From a virus, in the IMG/VR virus record IMGVR_UViG_3300024496_000012: a stretch of 64,000 nt of DNA. The stretch is one strand, 5' to 3'. This document shows, one piece after another, positions 54,491 to 64,000 of the stretch. Within the stretch, counting starts at the first letter, position 1, and each line of letters starts with the position of its first letter. The translations under genes were made by a program, and so were the position numbers. The notes below the pieces were generated by a model. That model was not told where the DNA came from. It was given only the letters and a program-made list of their open reading frames with translations, and ran no database searches.

Positions 54491-56081
54491 TGAACTTTTC
54501 CTCTAGCCATGCAAAATCATTTATCTTTTTAAGAGCTTCTATATTATTTCTATTTTCATAACCATAGTCTCGGCCTTGTCTAGCACCGTCTAAAGCATAT
54601 TTGTCTATGGTTTCTGTGCACCATACATCTAATCTCTGTTGTGTTTCTTCGTCAACTTGTCCTGTAATAATCCTGCTCGATAACTTAGAACATTCTCTAA
54701 ATGCCGATTTCCAACTATTGAATGGATCTGTATTAAACTTGTTGATGTTTGATACTTCTGGCATGGCTCTAAACCTACCAGAAATACTAGTGGTCATATC
54801 TGGATTGTCAACCTTCATATCTAGTGTTAACTTCGTCGGGAGGAGTTTGACACCACCGTTTCCGTATTCAAGACCGTTGACTTCGTTACGACTACGCCAT
54901 ACAAAAACAATATCTTGATCTACTTTTAAGGGTCGATGATCAAAGTTAAAAGATTCTAATACCTCTGCATCAGCATCAACTACCCAAAACATAGGTGTAG
55001 AAACCTGCTTCGCAGCTTCTATGTGTGCGTTGTGTATCCCTTTAACACCGTCAATACGTTTTATATCTCTCTTAACTTTTTCCTGCAGCTTCTGATAATG
55101 TTTATCGGCATACGGTTCGTGATATGAGATAAAAACTATATCAAAGTCTTTAGGTTGACTGGCAACTATGTCTACTTCTTTCTTTGTATGAAAGAATCGT
55201 TTTTCAATCTCTCGACGTGCATACACATTCCTTTTAGGAAACAAACATATTCCATCAAAGTTATTTCCGTTTTTGAAAATATGTACTATCGTTTGATTAT
55301 ACTTGGGTACCTGATAGCTAAAATCAAAGTCGTTAGGTTTGACATCATTCCATACAGCATAAAACATGTCTGTCTCAGAAGTTTTTAATGCATTCTGATA
55401 ATCTTCGTAACTTGAAATATTAAAAACTTCAAAAGACCTCGGAGTGCTGGCTAAGATGTCTACTTCTTTTTTATTTGTGAAAAATCTATTATCAAACTCA
55501 CGCTTGGTTATCTTTTCATTCCTAGAAAATAAACATATGCCGTCATAATACTCTCCGTTCTTAAAAACATGAGTAATGTTTCTGTGAAAGCTATCGTAAG
55601 CAGGAACATAATAATCAAAATCAAAATCTACATCGATGTCATTCCAAACCGCCCAAAACATTTCAAGATTTGAATGTTCGACAGCATACAGATAATCATC
55701 GTATGACTTAATATAGAAAACTTCAAAAGGAATAGGATTACTGGCCACAATATCTATTTCTTTTTTATTCATAAAGAATCTGTTTTTAAACTCTCTATTA
55801 GAAATGGATATTGTTTTGTTTATAAGACATATACCATCATAGGTATTTTTATTTTTAAAAACATGGGTGTATTCTTCATCCCATTTTGTTGCTCGATAAC
55901 TGTTCAGATTAAAATCAGAAAGTATAAGATCATCCCATATTAACCAAAACATCTTAGTAAAAGATTTTTTCTGTATCTGATCTATAGACATATTTTTGTC
56001 AAGGCGTTGAGCATTAGGATATCTCCTCTTTAGAGTTTCCCATTGTTCACCCAGACCACCAAAGAAAAATATATCATACAT
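54468..56081 (-). CDS. GT-A-like glycosyltransferase with three degenerate N-terminal repeats
   Basis: Three HxFKN...DGICL...RFF.KKE.DI.AS repeats, then a domain with VVDAD. Confidence 0.65.
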   Translation of the reverse strand: MYDIFFFGGLGEQWETLKRRYPNAQRLDKNMSIDQIQKKSFTKMFWLIWDDLILSDFNLNSYRATKWDEEYTHVFKNKNTYDGICLINKTISISNREFKNRFFMNKKEIDIVASNPIPFEVFYIKSYDDYLYAVEHSNLEMFWAVWNDIDVDFDFDYYVPAYDSFHRNITHVFKNGEYYDGICLFSRNEKITKREFDNRFFTNKKEVDILASTPRSFEVFNISSYEDYQNALKTSETDMFYAVWNDVKPNDFDFSYQVPKYNQTIVHIFKNGNNFDGICLFPKRNVYARREIEKRFFHTKKEVDIVASQPKDFDIVFISYHEPYADKHYQKLQEKVKRDIKRIDGVKGIHNAHIEAAKQVSTPMFWVVDADAEVLESFNFDHRPLKVDQDIVFVWRSRNEVNGLEYGNGGVKLLPTKLTLDMKVDNPDMTTSISGRFRAMPEVSNINKFNTDPFNSWKSAFRECSKLSSRIITGQVDEETQQRLDVWCTETIDKYALDGARQGRDYGYENRNNIEALKKINDFAWLEEKFNERHIED

Positions 56082-56985
56082 TTTCGTTCATCTGATAATA
56101 TGTTAGACCCAGATTAATAGTTTCGTCATATAGATCTAGCGTATATTTGCTCTGCGCCGCATCAAGCCAAGGCCAATCGAGACCAAGTTCATGCTTGATT
56201 TGTTCTCCTAAATCTTTGATAGCTTCTACGAGACCTTCACCATTTACTTCTTCATATGGTCGGCCATACTGATTCCATATTCCTCTTAGTATTTCAAAAT
56301 CTCTAACATCTACATAGTTCCACTGAGTGCAGTTGGTCATCCATGTTCCCAATCTAGCTCCATAGACTGCATAGATACCATTTTCTTCATGTGCTCCTAC
56401 GGTTGACCACATACGGAGTCTATGTATGTTATGCCACCATATCTGCTGCTTGATTTCCTGTGGAGGAACTTTTACTCCATCGAGCAAGGTCATCTTGACA
56501 CCTTCACGAAATCCTGCTCGCCAGGCTTGAAAAGGTGAACCTGTAATAACGCTTTCAGAATACACTCTAGGAAAATTACGATATCCATCTTCCCAACAAA
56601 AATCTACCTGTGCTCGTTCGCTTTCTGCGTTTTCATGAGTACGCATGTTTAGAACAAAATCTTTACGCCAGATTTTTAAACCACCATTGCCATATCGTAG
56701 TCCATTGATAGAGTTCCTTCCGCACCAGCCGTAGACCTGTATCTTAGGATCATCCATCTTAAGATCGAGATTGAAGAAGTCAGGATTTACGATGTTATCT
56801 GCATCTACAGTTATAAACCAATCAGTTTCTGATAACTCTGCTGCGGCTTTATGTGCATGATCACTGCCTTTCACACCATGTATTCTTTTTGCCCAGGGCA
56901 CTTTATTACACAAATCTGCATAATGAAGATCTGCATTCGGTTCGTCATAACTTAGAAACACTACGTCAAACTCAATGACTTTCAT
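56074..56985 (-). CDS. GT-A-like glycosyltransferase, single domain
   Basis: DVVFLSYDEP, TVDAD, YGNGGLK, AWRAGFRE; paralogous to the 54468 C-terminal domain. Confidence 0.65.
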   Translation of the reverse strand: MKVIEFDVVFLSYDEPNADLHYADLCNKVPWAKRIHGVKGSDHAHKAAAELSETDWFITVDADNIVNPDFFNLDLKMDDPKIQVYGWCGRNSINGLRYGNGGLKIWRKDFVLNMRTHENAESERAQVDFCWEDGYRNFPRVYSESVITGSPFQAWRAGFREGVKMTLLDGVKVPPQEIKQQIWWHNIHRLRMWSTVGAHEENGIYAVYGARLGTWMTNCTQWNYVDVRDFEILRGIWNQYGRPYEEVNGEGLVEAIKDLGEQIKHELGLDWPWLDAAQSKYTLDLYDETINLGLTYYQMNENV

Positions 56986-57611
56986 AATATCTCCAATACA
57001 TAACTCTTAAATATTCTTCTAGTATACACACTGAACTTTTCAGGAAGATTAATATTTTCAAATATCTTTGCCTGACCTACTAGTTCATCTAATCTCACAG
57101 ACAGCATCTTGATTAATACATTAGGATCGTTATAATCAGTCAATAAGAAATTCATCAATGTGTCTCCGCCCCAATGTACTGAACGCTTTGGTCGTGGTTG
57201 GAACTCTTCAGCCTGTATATACGTTCCATTTAAATCTTCAGTCAACTCAATCTTTAATGTTTTAGAAGTAGTATCATAGGTAATATAGATATCGGGTATT
57301 TCTACACCAGACCATCTTTTATCTATTACTCTATGGACAACATCGTCTATCTTGAAAACAGATTTCATTTCTGTTATTTCAAGACTATCACCCATCGGAT
57401 CAACAAAACAAGAATGTATGCTAATAGTACCCTTTAAGATTAACTCAGCGATTTCTGTGTCAACAAATACTTTAAACTTCTCATCTGGAAATGCAGACTT
57501 AGGCCCAACGCTGATAACTTTGCCAGTATCCTTGTCATAGACTGCGACATATCTTACTTCAGGAACTTCGTATTCTGAAAGCCATTTATCAAAATCGATC
57601 ATTTCTTCCAT
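56982..57611 (-). CDS. Hypothetical protein
   Basis: Coupled ORF in the island. Confidence 0.7.
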   Translation of the reverse strand: MEEMIDFDKWLSEYEVPEVRYVAVYDKDTGKVISVGPKSAFPDEKFKVFVDTEIAELILKGTISIHSCFVDPMGDSLEITEMKSVFKIDDVVHRVIDKRWSGVEIPDIYITYDTTSKTLKIELTEDLNGTYIQAEEFQPRPKRSVHWGGDTLMNFLLTDYNDPNVLIKMLSVRLDELVGQAKIFENINLPEKFSVYTRRIFKSYVLEIL

Positions 57612-58438
57612 GCTATTTCCTCAAGTATATTGATAAGCTCAGGAGTAATAGTATCCTTTTCAACATAGTGAACTATATCGTGCTGTTGATAGTTTCCTAT
57701 TTTTAACTGTCCTTTTCTATTAAGATAAAACCCTACATGGTCTGTTACTGTGTCAGCAGGCCAAGGCCAGTTTTGTACCATCGGTTTCATATGCACTACT
57801 CTAGGAAACTCTAGGTCATAGGCGATCTCATCCGCAATATCTAGTATCTTAGCTGCCAATGAGAAAGCTTCATCTGTTCCTAAAACTTTAGGTTTTAGTT
57901 TTGATAGATATACATTTGAAAATTGTAAAGGATTTTTTATGATATGTCTACCTAAAGAAAAGAATTCTTTAGCCATCTCACTATCACGTTTAAAAAAAGT
58001 ATAAAAGCTATAAAGATTTGGCAGTTCGTTTTTTGTAAAAGTTCTTCTATACTCATCAGAAGTTATTTTTTCACCTCTATAAGTAAACCCTTTATTGGCT
58101 ACATATAACTCAGTGTTTTCTAAAAAATAATCAATCCAATGACTGTAATCTCTTAAAAATAACATATCAGCGTCTAGACAAACCGTTGCGTCAAAAGGAC
58201 TTAATCGATCCATCCAAGAACGCCCATCCCAAAATGTTTCTTCATTCCATTCAATAATATGATCAAAAACCCATTTAGATTCGAATCTATCGAGATACAT
58301 CTTGTCATCGATCACCAGTGCTACTTTATCATACCCTTCTTTTTGAGTGTTCTTTATACTCAGGGCAAGAGCATATGCCATCTGAGAATAATCTGCTTTA
58401 TCTGACGTTGACACGATTATAAGATAACCAAAGTTCAT
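57599..58438 (-). CDS. GT8-like glycosyltransferase
   Basis: CLDADML DxD motif, GTDEAF, HMK. Confidence 0.65.
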   Translation of the reverse strand: MNFGYLIIVSTSDKADYSQMAYALALSIKNTQKEGYDKVALVIDDKMYLDRFESKWVFDHIIEWNEETFWDGRSWMDRLSPFDATVCLDADMLFLRDYSHWIDYFLENTELYVANKGFTYRGEKITSDEYRRTFTKNELPNLYSFYTFFKRDSEMAKEFFSLGRHIIKNPLQFSNVYLSKLKPKVLGTDEAFSLAAKILDIADEIAYDLEFPRVVHMKPMVQNWPWPADTVTDHVGFYLNRKGQLKIGNYQQHDIVHYVEKDTITPELINILEEIAWKK

Positions 58439-59298
58439 ATCAACCTCATAAGATTTTCTGCATTTCTAACTATACTTTTTTTATTCATTACATGCACATC
58501 TGTATCTTTTATAGTCGCAGGGCAATAGTTAGCATCTACTTTACCGGACAATAAAAAAGTTAGTTTTCCGTTATCATCTACAGAATGTAGTATATCCTTA
58601 TCTATGGTCGTTAGTACCGGAGGCAATGACATTACCGGTTCCTCAAAGCCATACAATAAATGATTTGCTACACTAAAGCTGATATCATTTCTGTATTGCC
58701 TCGGATCAAATCTAAAAAGATCTCCATAATAAGAATAATGAGTCCTAACAAAATCTACTGTTTCAAAAAACATTTTTGAGACATCGTCTTTAGTAAACAT
58801 TACTGTTGTTGCCCAGAACAGTTTTACTCCTGTATCAGAAATGTAGTTGTCATGATATCCGTTCCTAGAAGGAACAACCATATCATTCATAGAATCAGAA
58901 ACTAATATAGATTCGTCTACATCCCAATATTCAGACAATCTATCAGAAAAAATTAAAAAATCGCTGTCTATTAATAATGTTCTATCGTAGGGAGTTAGAT
59001 CCCAAGCACTTGCTCTGTTAGCATTAACAAACGGAACTAATACATCAGAAAATTTTCCATCATGTAATCGACGTTGATTATCAGTTAAAGGTTTTTCAAC
59101 GATAATAAACGCTTCAAAGACTTCTTTGGCTTTTTCTACTATTTCCGATTTTGCCATCCATTCTAATGTAGAAGCATCTGTCACTAGTGTTGCAGGAACA
59201 TTAAGATGTTTACGTGCTAGACCCCCGGCTATCACTGCCATAAGGGCATAGTCTATTTCTCTATTGTTATGAGCAAATATTAGAATACCGTTGGTCAT
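58435..59298 (-). CDS. GT8-like glycosyltransferase, paralogue
   Basis: LLIDSDFL DxD motif, RNDISF, HVMNK. Confidence 0.65.
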   Translation of the reverse strand: MTNGILIFAHNNREIDYALMAVIAGGLARKHLNVPATLVTDASTLEWMAKSEIVEKAKEVFEAFIIVEKPLTDNQRRLHDGKFSDVLVPFVNANRASAWDLTPYDRTLLIDSDFLIFSDRLSEYWDVDESILVSDSMNDMVVPSRNGYHDNYISDTGVKLFWATTVMFTKDDVSKMFFETVDFVRTHYSYYGDLFRFDPRQYRNDISFSVANHLLYGFEEPVMSLPPVLTTIDKDILHSVDDNGKLTFLLSGKVDANYCPATIKDTDVHVMNKKSIVRNAENLMRLI

Positions 59299-59645
59299 AG
59301 GTCTAATAACTTTTCTACAGATCTACTCTTTCTAAGATTTTGATATTGCTCGTGATATTCGTAGACCGATGTGAAATATCTATCTAATATTTCATTCATA
59401 AAAATATTAAGGTCGGGGATTAAGACAGGATTTCCGTTAGCGTCGATCAACGGAACATTTTGCGTTCTTTCTTGGTCGATCAAAAACTTAACAAATGCTA
59501 TGAGTGTTTGATCAATCTTAAAGATTCCACCAGATGCGCCATAGGTGAGTTTGGCTTCGATCTTTTCTTTGAGGGTTTTTCTTTGGATAGAAAAGCTCTG
59601 ACGATAGTTCGAAAAGTCAAGAGCCTGCTTGAGTTGTTCTTCCAT
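59295..59645 (-). CDS. Hypothetical protein
   Basis: AGGAG SD; first gene of the minus-strand glycosylation operon. Confidence 0.7.
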   Translation of the reverse strand: MEEQLKQALDFSNYRQSFSIQRKTLKEKIEAKLTYGASGGIFKIDQTLIAFVKFLIDQERTQNVPLIDANGNPVLIPDLNIFMNEILDRYFTSVYEYHEQYQNLRKSRSVEKLLDL

Positions 59646-59661
59646 TGTTTCTCCTGATTAA

Positions 59662-59687
59662 CATAGCAGTTTATTTATTATGCTATG
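59662..59687 (-). promoter_or_regulatory. 7-bp inverted repeat with a TAAATA late-like promoter in its loop
   Basis: CATAGCA-12 nt-TGCTATG; TAAATA on minus strand 59672-59677. Confidence 0.5.
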
Positions 59688-59701
59688 ATAACCAGGAAAA
59701 T

Positions 59702-60655
59702 TTATGTTGTTATAGCGTTGATTGTTATAACTGGAGTCGAAACAGTGAAGTTACCTGCACCAACAGGAACTAATGTTCCCGAGGCAGCTAGTGTCGAAAC
59801 GTTTAGACTAAAAGTTCCATCAACAAAGTCAGGACCTCCAGAATCGCCTACGTGAGCATCGTTCCAGGTAATCTGAAACTCAATGCTGCTGGCTGTTCCT
59901 GAGCTATTGTTGGCTATTCCAGGAGTCCTAGCTGCCAGAATATAAGAGTTAGAACCATAGGGAGTGCTTGCACTCGCCGAATAGAAGTTGCTAAAAATAT
60001 TACTGCATCTATAATAGTTTAGATTATCGTTAGGAGATGTTCCAGTACCGGGCTTGTTTCCGCCCCAAGCGACTGTGCCCACCGAACTTAATAGATTAGT
60101 CCAAGATGTATTTTGCGGAATATTTTGACCTCCGCTGCGACTAGAGGTAAATCTTATTTCTCCGCCAGAGTTGAAGAAGTATCTAGCTTGATCTGCATTG
60201 GAAAATGTAACTGTGACTGTACACTGAATACGCACTGACCAAGTATTTCCGTATACCCCCGGCCATGTTTGTGTAACCGTGCCAACATTGGTCGTATAAG
60301 ACTGGCTAGGGGCTATCGTAAACTTATTTGAAACAACGGTGTTAGCCCACGAATCAAGCTGTGTAACTGGAGAGTCGGTGGCAGCTGGAGTAAATGTAGT
60401 GCTGTAACGTATTGTATTTCCTTCAGCCACGACCGCTACTGCAGGATTGGTTCCTTGTTGATGTTTATAACAGTTTATGATGTCATATCCAAGCTTCATC
60501 CAATCGTTGTATGAAACTTTCTGCCCTTCTGCGACAGCAGAACTGACAACAAACTGACCATACCCAGAGTTACTAGAACCTGTTCCTATTATAGGAACTA
60601 CTTTGTTTCGGATGCTATTGTAGTCTGCTTGACTGATTTTATCATTAACTGCCAT
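59702..60655 (-). CDS. Probable tail/baseplate structural protein, paralogue A
   Basis: T/S/G/N-rich; ARYFFNSGGEIR motif shared with neighbour. Confidence 0.65.
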   Translation of the reverse strand: MAVNDKISQADYNSIRNKVVPIIGTGSSNSGYGQFVVSSAVAEGQKVSYNDWMKLGYDIINCYKHQQGTNPAVAVVAEGNTIRYSTTFTPAATDSPVTQLDSWANTVVSNKFTIAPSQSYTTNVGTVTQTWPGVYGNTWSVRIQCTVTVTFSNADQARYFFNSGGEIRFTSSRSGGQNIPQNTSWTNLLSSVGTVAWGGNKPGTGTSPNDNLNYYRCSNIFSNFYSASASTPYGSNSYILAARTPGIANNSSGTASSIEFQITWNDAHVGDSGGPDFVDGTFSLNVSTLAASGTLVPVGAGNFTVSTPVITINAITT

Positions 60656-60671
60656 GGTAATATTTACTTTA

Positions 60672-61586
60672 TCAGGTAGCGGTAATCGAAGATAGCGAAT
60701 ATGTAGGACTTACGATACTAAATGTTCCTGTAGGAAATAGTGTTCCAGCAGCTTTGGCTTCCTCTACTGTTAAAGATAGTGTACCATCTACACCATCGCC
60801 CGGAGGATTCACATAACCAGTGAGCACGTCAGGATCGACGTATGCATCAACCCACCTGATTTTGAATATTATCTGTGTGGCAGTTCCGTTGATATTATTA
60901 GCAACATCACATTTTGCCTCTACCTGATAATAGCTATTAGAATAAGGAGCACTAGAAGCTAGATATTTAAACAGCTGATAGTTATTTGTTAAAGTATAAT
61001 AGCTTAGTTGTTTTGTTTTGTCTGCATCAAAAGCTATCGTTCCTACTGAAGAAAGTATGCTAGTCCATGCTGCATTTTGTAGTGTTGCTACACCGCCGGT
61101 CCTTGTTGATGTTAAACGTATACTTCCGCCGCTATTGAAAAAATATCTTCCTTGATTTGCATTGGCAAATGTCACTGTTAGCGTTGCTGTTGCCTCAATC
61201 GACCATAAACTTGTATAAGTGGCATTGGCTTTGCTAGTTACCGCGAACTGTCCAAGTCCGACATTGAATCTAGTAAGTGTGGCCTGATCTGCGAGATTAT
61301 CATAATCAGTATTTGGATTACCTGCACCGTATCTTATTGGATCAGTCTTCTGTATTTCCACTATAGATGGCATCACACCATCTTGGTGAAACTTGATAGA
61401 CATGAGATCATATCTTAAGGCATCCCACTGTGCTTTGGTTGCGGTTTGGCCGCTGGTTACATCAGCACTGTAAACAGTCTGTCCATACCCTTTATCTGCT
61501 GATCCGGTGCCTAAAAGAGCTATAATCTTAGCACGAATGCTAGTATAGTCTACCGCAGCAATCTGTGATCCAACTGCTCCGCTCAT
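60672..61586 (-). CDS. Probable tail/baseplate structural protein, paralogue B
   Basis: GRYFFNSGGSIR; VDGTLSL.V; similar N- and C-termini to paralogue A. Confidence 0.65.
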   Translation of the reverse strand: MSGAVGSQIAAVDYTSIRAKIIALLGTGSADKGYGQTVYSADVTSGQTATKAQWDALRYDLMSIKFHQDGVMPSIVEIQKTDPIRYGAGNPNTDYDNLADQATLTRFNVGLGQFAVTSKANATYTSLWSIEATATLTVTFANANQGRYFFNSGGSIRLTSTRTGGVATLQNAAWTSILSSVGTIAFDADKTKQLSYYTLTNNYQLFKYLASSAPYSNSYYQVEAKCDVANNINGTATQIIFKIRWVDAYVDPDVLTGYVNPPGDGVDGTLSLTVEEAKAAGTLFPTGTFSIVSPTYSLSSITAT

Positions 61587-63370
61587 TATAACACCAATAC
61601 TTCAATGATTTTTTCGCCTTCATCATCGCTCGATTCTAAGGCGACCCCAAACACTTTTTTATCTCCAAATCTATCTGAAACTGCTACACCATTTGGTCCC
61701 GGGCACATGTCATCGCCCTTGGAAACTGGGCCTAACACTCTGCAAGGTACACGACCTTTTAGTGCGACATAAACACCACCCTCGAGGTCTTTATTCATCA
61801 TATAGGCTGGGTTTGTACTAATAACACCAATGGCTCTATCCCCACCGCTGGCTTGTGTAATCTCTGCATCGCCGCCGATTGTAACTACTGTGCCAGGTGC
61901 ATATTCTTGGTCTGGCAAATATTTTTCTGCAAGGTCAGCGTAACGTGCTGCTGTTGCAGTACCATCAAATAACACAGCTACTAGATTACCGCCGGATGTT
62001 CTAGCTGCAATGGTACTTCCTGTTGCTGTTGTTTTTGCTGTTTTGTAGTTAGGATCAGAATCGATAGCTGTGTCATCGATCTTGATACGATCTGCTTTAT
62101 CAGCAGTTCCAACAAACTGATTAGCTATGATATTTCCGCTGCTATTTCTAACAGGAATCGATGTTTTATCAATACTACTAGGTAACGAAGTGCTAGGAAC
62201 AAAGTTTGTAAGAGTTGTTGCGTTAGTAGCTGTACCTGTAACGTTACCAGATACAGTTCCAACAAGATTACCACGTATAGTAGCACCGGTATATCCTATT
62301 TCTTTAGTAGAACCATTAACTAAAATAGTCGCGTCAACAGCCGCTACTGTTCCTGTATGTGTTCCAGTACTATTGCCTGTGACATTTCCTGTTAGATTGC
62401 CATGGAAAGTAGTGGCATAAACATCGGACCATCTATACCCAGTATTACCGATTGTATAAGCATTATCTGCACCTGGAATCATTCCAGTATTATCAAAGAT
62501 AGCAACGTCTTCTGCAGAGTTGTTATAGTTGATACGAATAGTTACTGGATTTCCATTATTGATACTTTCTAGTAGCGAACTGGTATTACCTTGTACGTTA
62601 GTACCAATATGTACATATAGGTCTTTACTGTTACCTACATAGTATCCGGCATTCTGAAAAGTAACATCTTGATCAAATGTAATGCTACCTTTTCTAATAT
62701 ATTCTGTCGCTTCAACACCACCTAAGCTAACTGCATTACTAGCGGTACCCCAGAAATATGCTGTACCGGTTGTAGTAATACCATTAGAGTTAGTATTAAC
62801 TAAAGTAATGCCTTTCTTGATTAGAGAAAATCCTGTAATCGGATTAACATTGTTTAACACAAACTCAGATTCGCTAACGACGGCCATTACTTTGCCGCCT
62901 GCAATGATCTTTAATATCGTTTGGTTAGCGTTTGTGTCGTCTTTGACAACCTGAGAAGTTACTGAGCTTGTTCCTAGTTCTGGACTAGCCTGCGGACCAA
63001 TCAATACATATTCAGTTCCGGACCATGTGTATAGCTGTTTAGCACTAGTATCAAACCAAAACTCGCCTGTTGCTAGTCCGGATGGAGCAGATGATCCGGT
63101 TTCAGCACCGCCGGCAACTTTAAACTTGCTACCGTCATAGTACTTCAGCTTCTTATTTCCGCTGTCATACCATATTTGTCCAGTTAGTGCCTTTGGAGGG
63201 GGACTGGTGTTTGAAAAGTTTTCTAGAAGATAAACAAGATTTTCGTTTTCAATAGCACCGTAACCGGCGTAGTTTTTACCTACGAGATTAAGATCTGTGC
63301 TAGTATCTACGGTTCCGTCTTGTACGGTTACTAAAAAAGAACCGTTAAATTTGTTAATTGTATATGCCAT
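61586..63370 (-). CDS. Tail fibre-like structural protein
   Basis: LVGKNYAGYG...LLENF head; W.DT repeats; GNVTG repeats; C-terminal YADLAEKY...VALKGRVP domain. Confidence 0.7.
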   Translation of the reverse strand: MAYTINKFNGSFLVTVQDGTVDTSTDLNLVGKNYAGYGAIENENLVYLLENFSNTSPPPKALTGQIWYDSGNKKLKYYDGSKFKVAGGAETGSSAPSGLATGEFWFDTSAKQLYTWSGTEYVLIGPQASPELGTSSVTSQVVKDDTNANQTILKIIAGGKVMAVVSESEFVLNNVNPITGFSLIKKGITLVNTNSNGITTTGTAYFWGTASNAVSLGGVEATEYIRKGSITFDQDVTFQNAGYYVGNSKDLYVHIGTNVQGNTSSLLESINNGNPVTIRINYNNSAEDVAIFDNTGMIPGADNAYTIGNTGYRWSDVYATTFHGNLTGNVTGNSTGTHTGTVAAVDATILVNGSTKEIGYTGATIRGNLVGTVSGNVTGTATNATTLTNFVPSTSLPSSIDKTSIPVRNSSGNIIANQFVGTADKADRIKIDDTAIDSDPNYKTAKTTATGSTIAARTSGGNLVAVLFDGTATAARYADLAEKYLPDQEYAPGTVVTIGGDAEITQASGGDRAIGVISTNPAYMMNKDLEGGVYVALKGRVPCRVLGPVSKGDDMCPGPNGVAVSDRFGDKKVFGVALESSDDEGEKIIEVLVL

Positions 63371-63401
63371 TGGGCTGCTCCACCTTTATTCGTTATATTT
63401 A

Positions 63402-63998
63402 TTAGAGTTTCATTATGTAAAACAATGCTACATAGGGCGGTAATGTTTGTACCACAATATCTCCGCTGTTTGCTGTTACTGTTATACTGTGATTGTGATT
63501 TCCGTCAGTGCTAAGGCTGTGATTGTGCGGAGCTCCTGTTGGCCCGCCACCTGCTGTATCAGTTCTGCTTGGAAACCCATAATATCCGTTGTCTCGATCT
63601 CCGTCACTAGCGTTTCCAGCGTAAAAGCTAGGATAGATGTATGTTCCATTTCTATCATATGCCGAGGCTGTACTGCCTCCAAGACCGTAGTCACCGACGA
63701 TCGCGTAAACGTCTGTAAAGTTATGATAGTGTTCGGGCATCATAGCAGCACTTAGCGCAGTACTGCCAGTAGAACCACCGTGACTGTGAGCTCCTGCTGC
63801 CGATGTTGTACCTGTAAAAGTAAGATTTACATTGTTAGTTGATGATGTAGAACCACCTGTAGTACCCATTGTATAAGTGCTTCCTGCACCAACAACAAAC
63901 TTGTTTCGTAAATCTGGGGTTCCGTTTGTACCATCGCACAAGCCCCATCCACTAGGTACGGCATTAGATGCTCCATACCATTGCATGATCATACCACG
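63402..63998 (-). CDS. Tail collar domain protein (5' truncated by window edge)
   Basis: PSGWGLCDG, TPDLRNKFVVGAG, HSH/HNH repeats, LPPYVALFYIMKL; frame open to the edge. Confidence 0.8.
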   Translation of the reverse strand, partial: RGMIMQWYGASNAVPSGWGLCDGTNGTPDLRNKFVVGAGSTYTMGTTGGSTSSTNNVNLTFTGTTSAAGAHSHGGSTGSTALSAAMMPEHYHNFTDVYAIVGDYGLGGSTASAYDRNGTYIYPSFYAGNASDGDRDNGYYGFPSRTDTAGGGPTGAPHNHSLSTDGNHNHSITVTANSGDIVVQTLPPYVALFYIMKL

Positions 63999-64000
63999 AA

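Noticed and set aside
1-64000. CRISPR array, tRNA or rRNA genes
   Set aside because: No regularly spaced direct repeats or cloverleaf patterns were seen; intergenic gaps are mostly under 70 nt. An automated scan was not run.
1-64000. Stop-codon reassignment
   Set aside because: Long conserved genes are intact in the standard code, and TAA, TGA and TAG (41320, 45746) all end genes at coupled junctions.
59702-64000. Diversity-generating retroelement or invertible fibre cassette
   Set aside because: No reverse transcriptase, recombinase or near-identical template/variable repeats are visible; the paralogues are too diverged.

Overview
The window is a gene-dense 64 kb segment of a large T4-like/jumbo dsDNA phage, most likely infecting a Gram-negative proteobacterial host (spanins, ClpA, ErpA, PBP7-like peptidase, sigma70 promoters). 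The standard genetic code fits. Left to right it contains: (1) a stand-alone DnaE fragment, GroES, envelope enzymes, a clamp-loader subunit and PhoH; (2) an expanded lysis cassette; (3) a dnaJ-def-clpA operon; (4) a cluster of probable internal head proteins; (5) a family B DNA polymerase and probable sliding clamp; (6) a 7-deazaguanine DNA-modification cluster (DpdA-like transglycosylase, QueD-like T-fold protein, GT-B glycosyltransferase, FolE, QueE) interleaved with guanine-recycling and repair genes; (7) an RNase H region; (8) an 18 kb sugar-modification island (aminotransferase, amidinotransferase, radical SAM enzymes, SGNH proteins, many glycosyltransferase-like genes); (9) tail/fibre genes running off the right edge. 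The strongest leads are a PolB-like C-terminal peptide inside the DpdA-like protein (possible clamp-coupled base exchange), a glycosyltransferase embedded in a deazaguanine pathway with no QueC in view, tandem GCCnnAAA-loop hairpins at the polB ribosome-binding site, promoter-coupled RBS-masking hairpins, and a possible guanidino-sugar pathway beside tail genes. All family calls come from motifs recognised by eye. No database search was run, and novelty is unverified.
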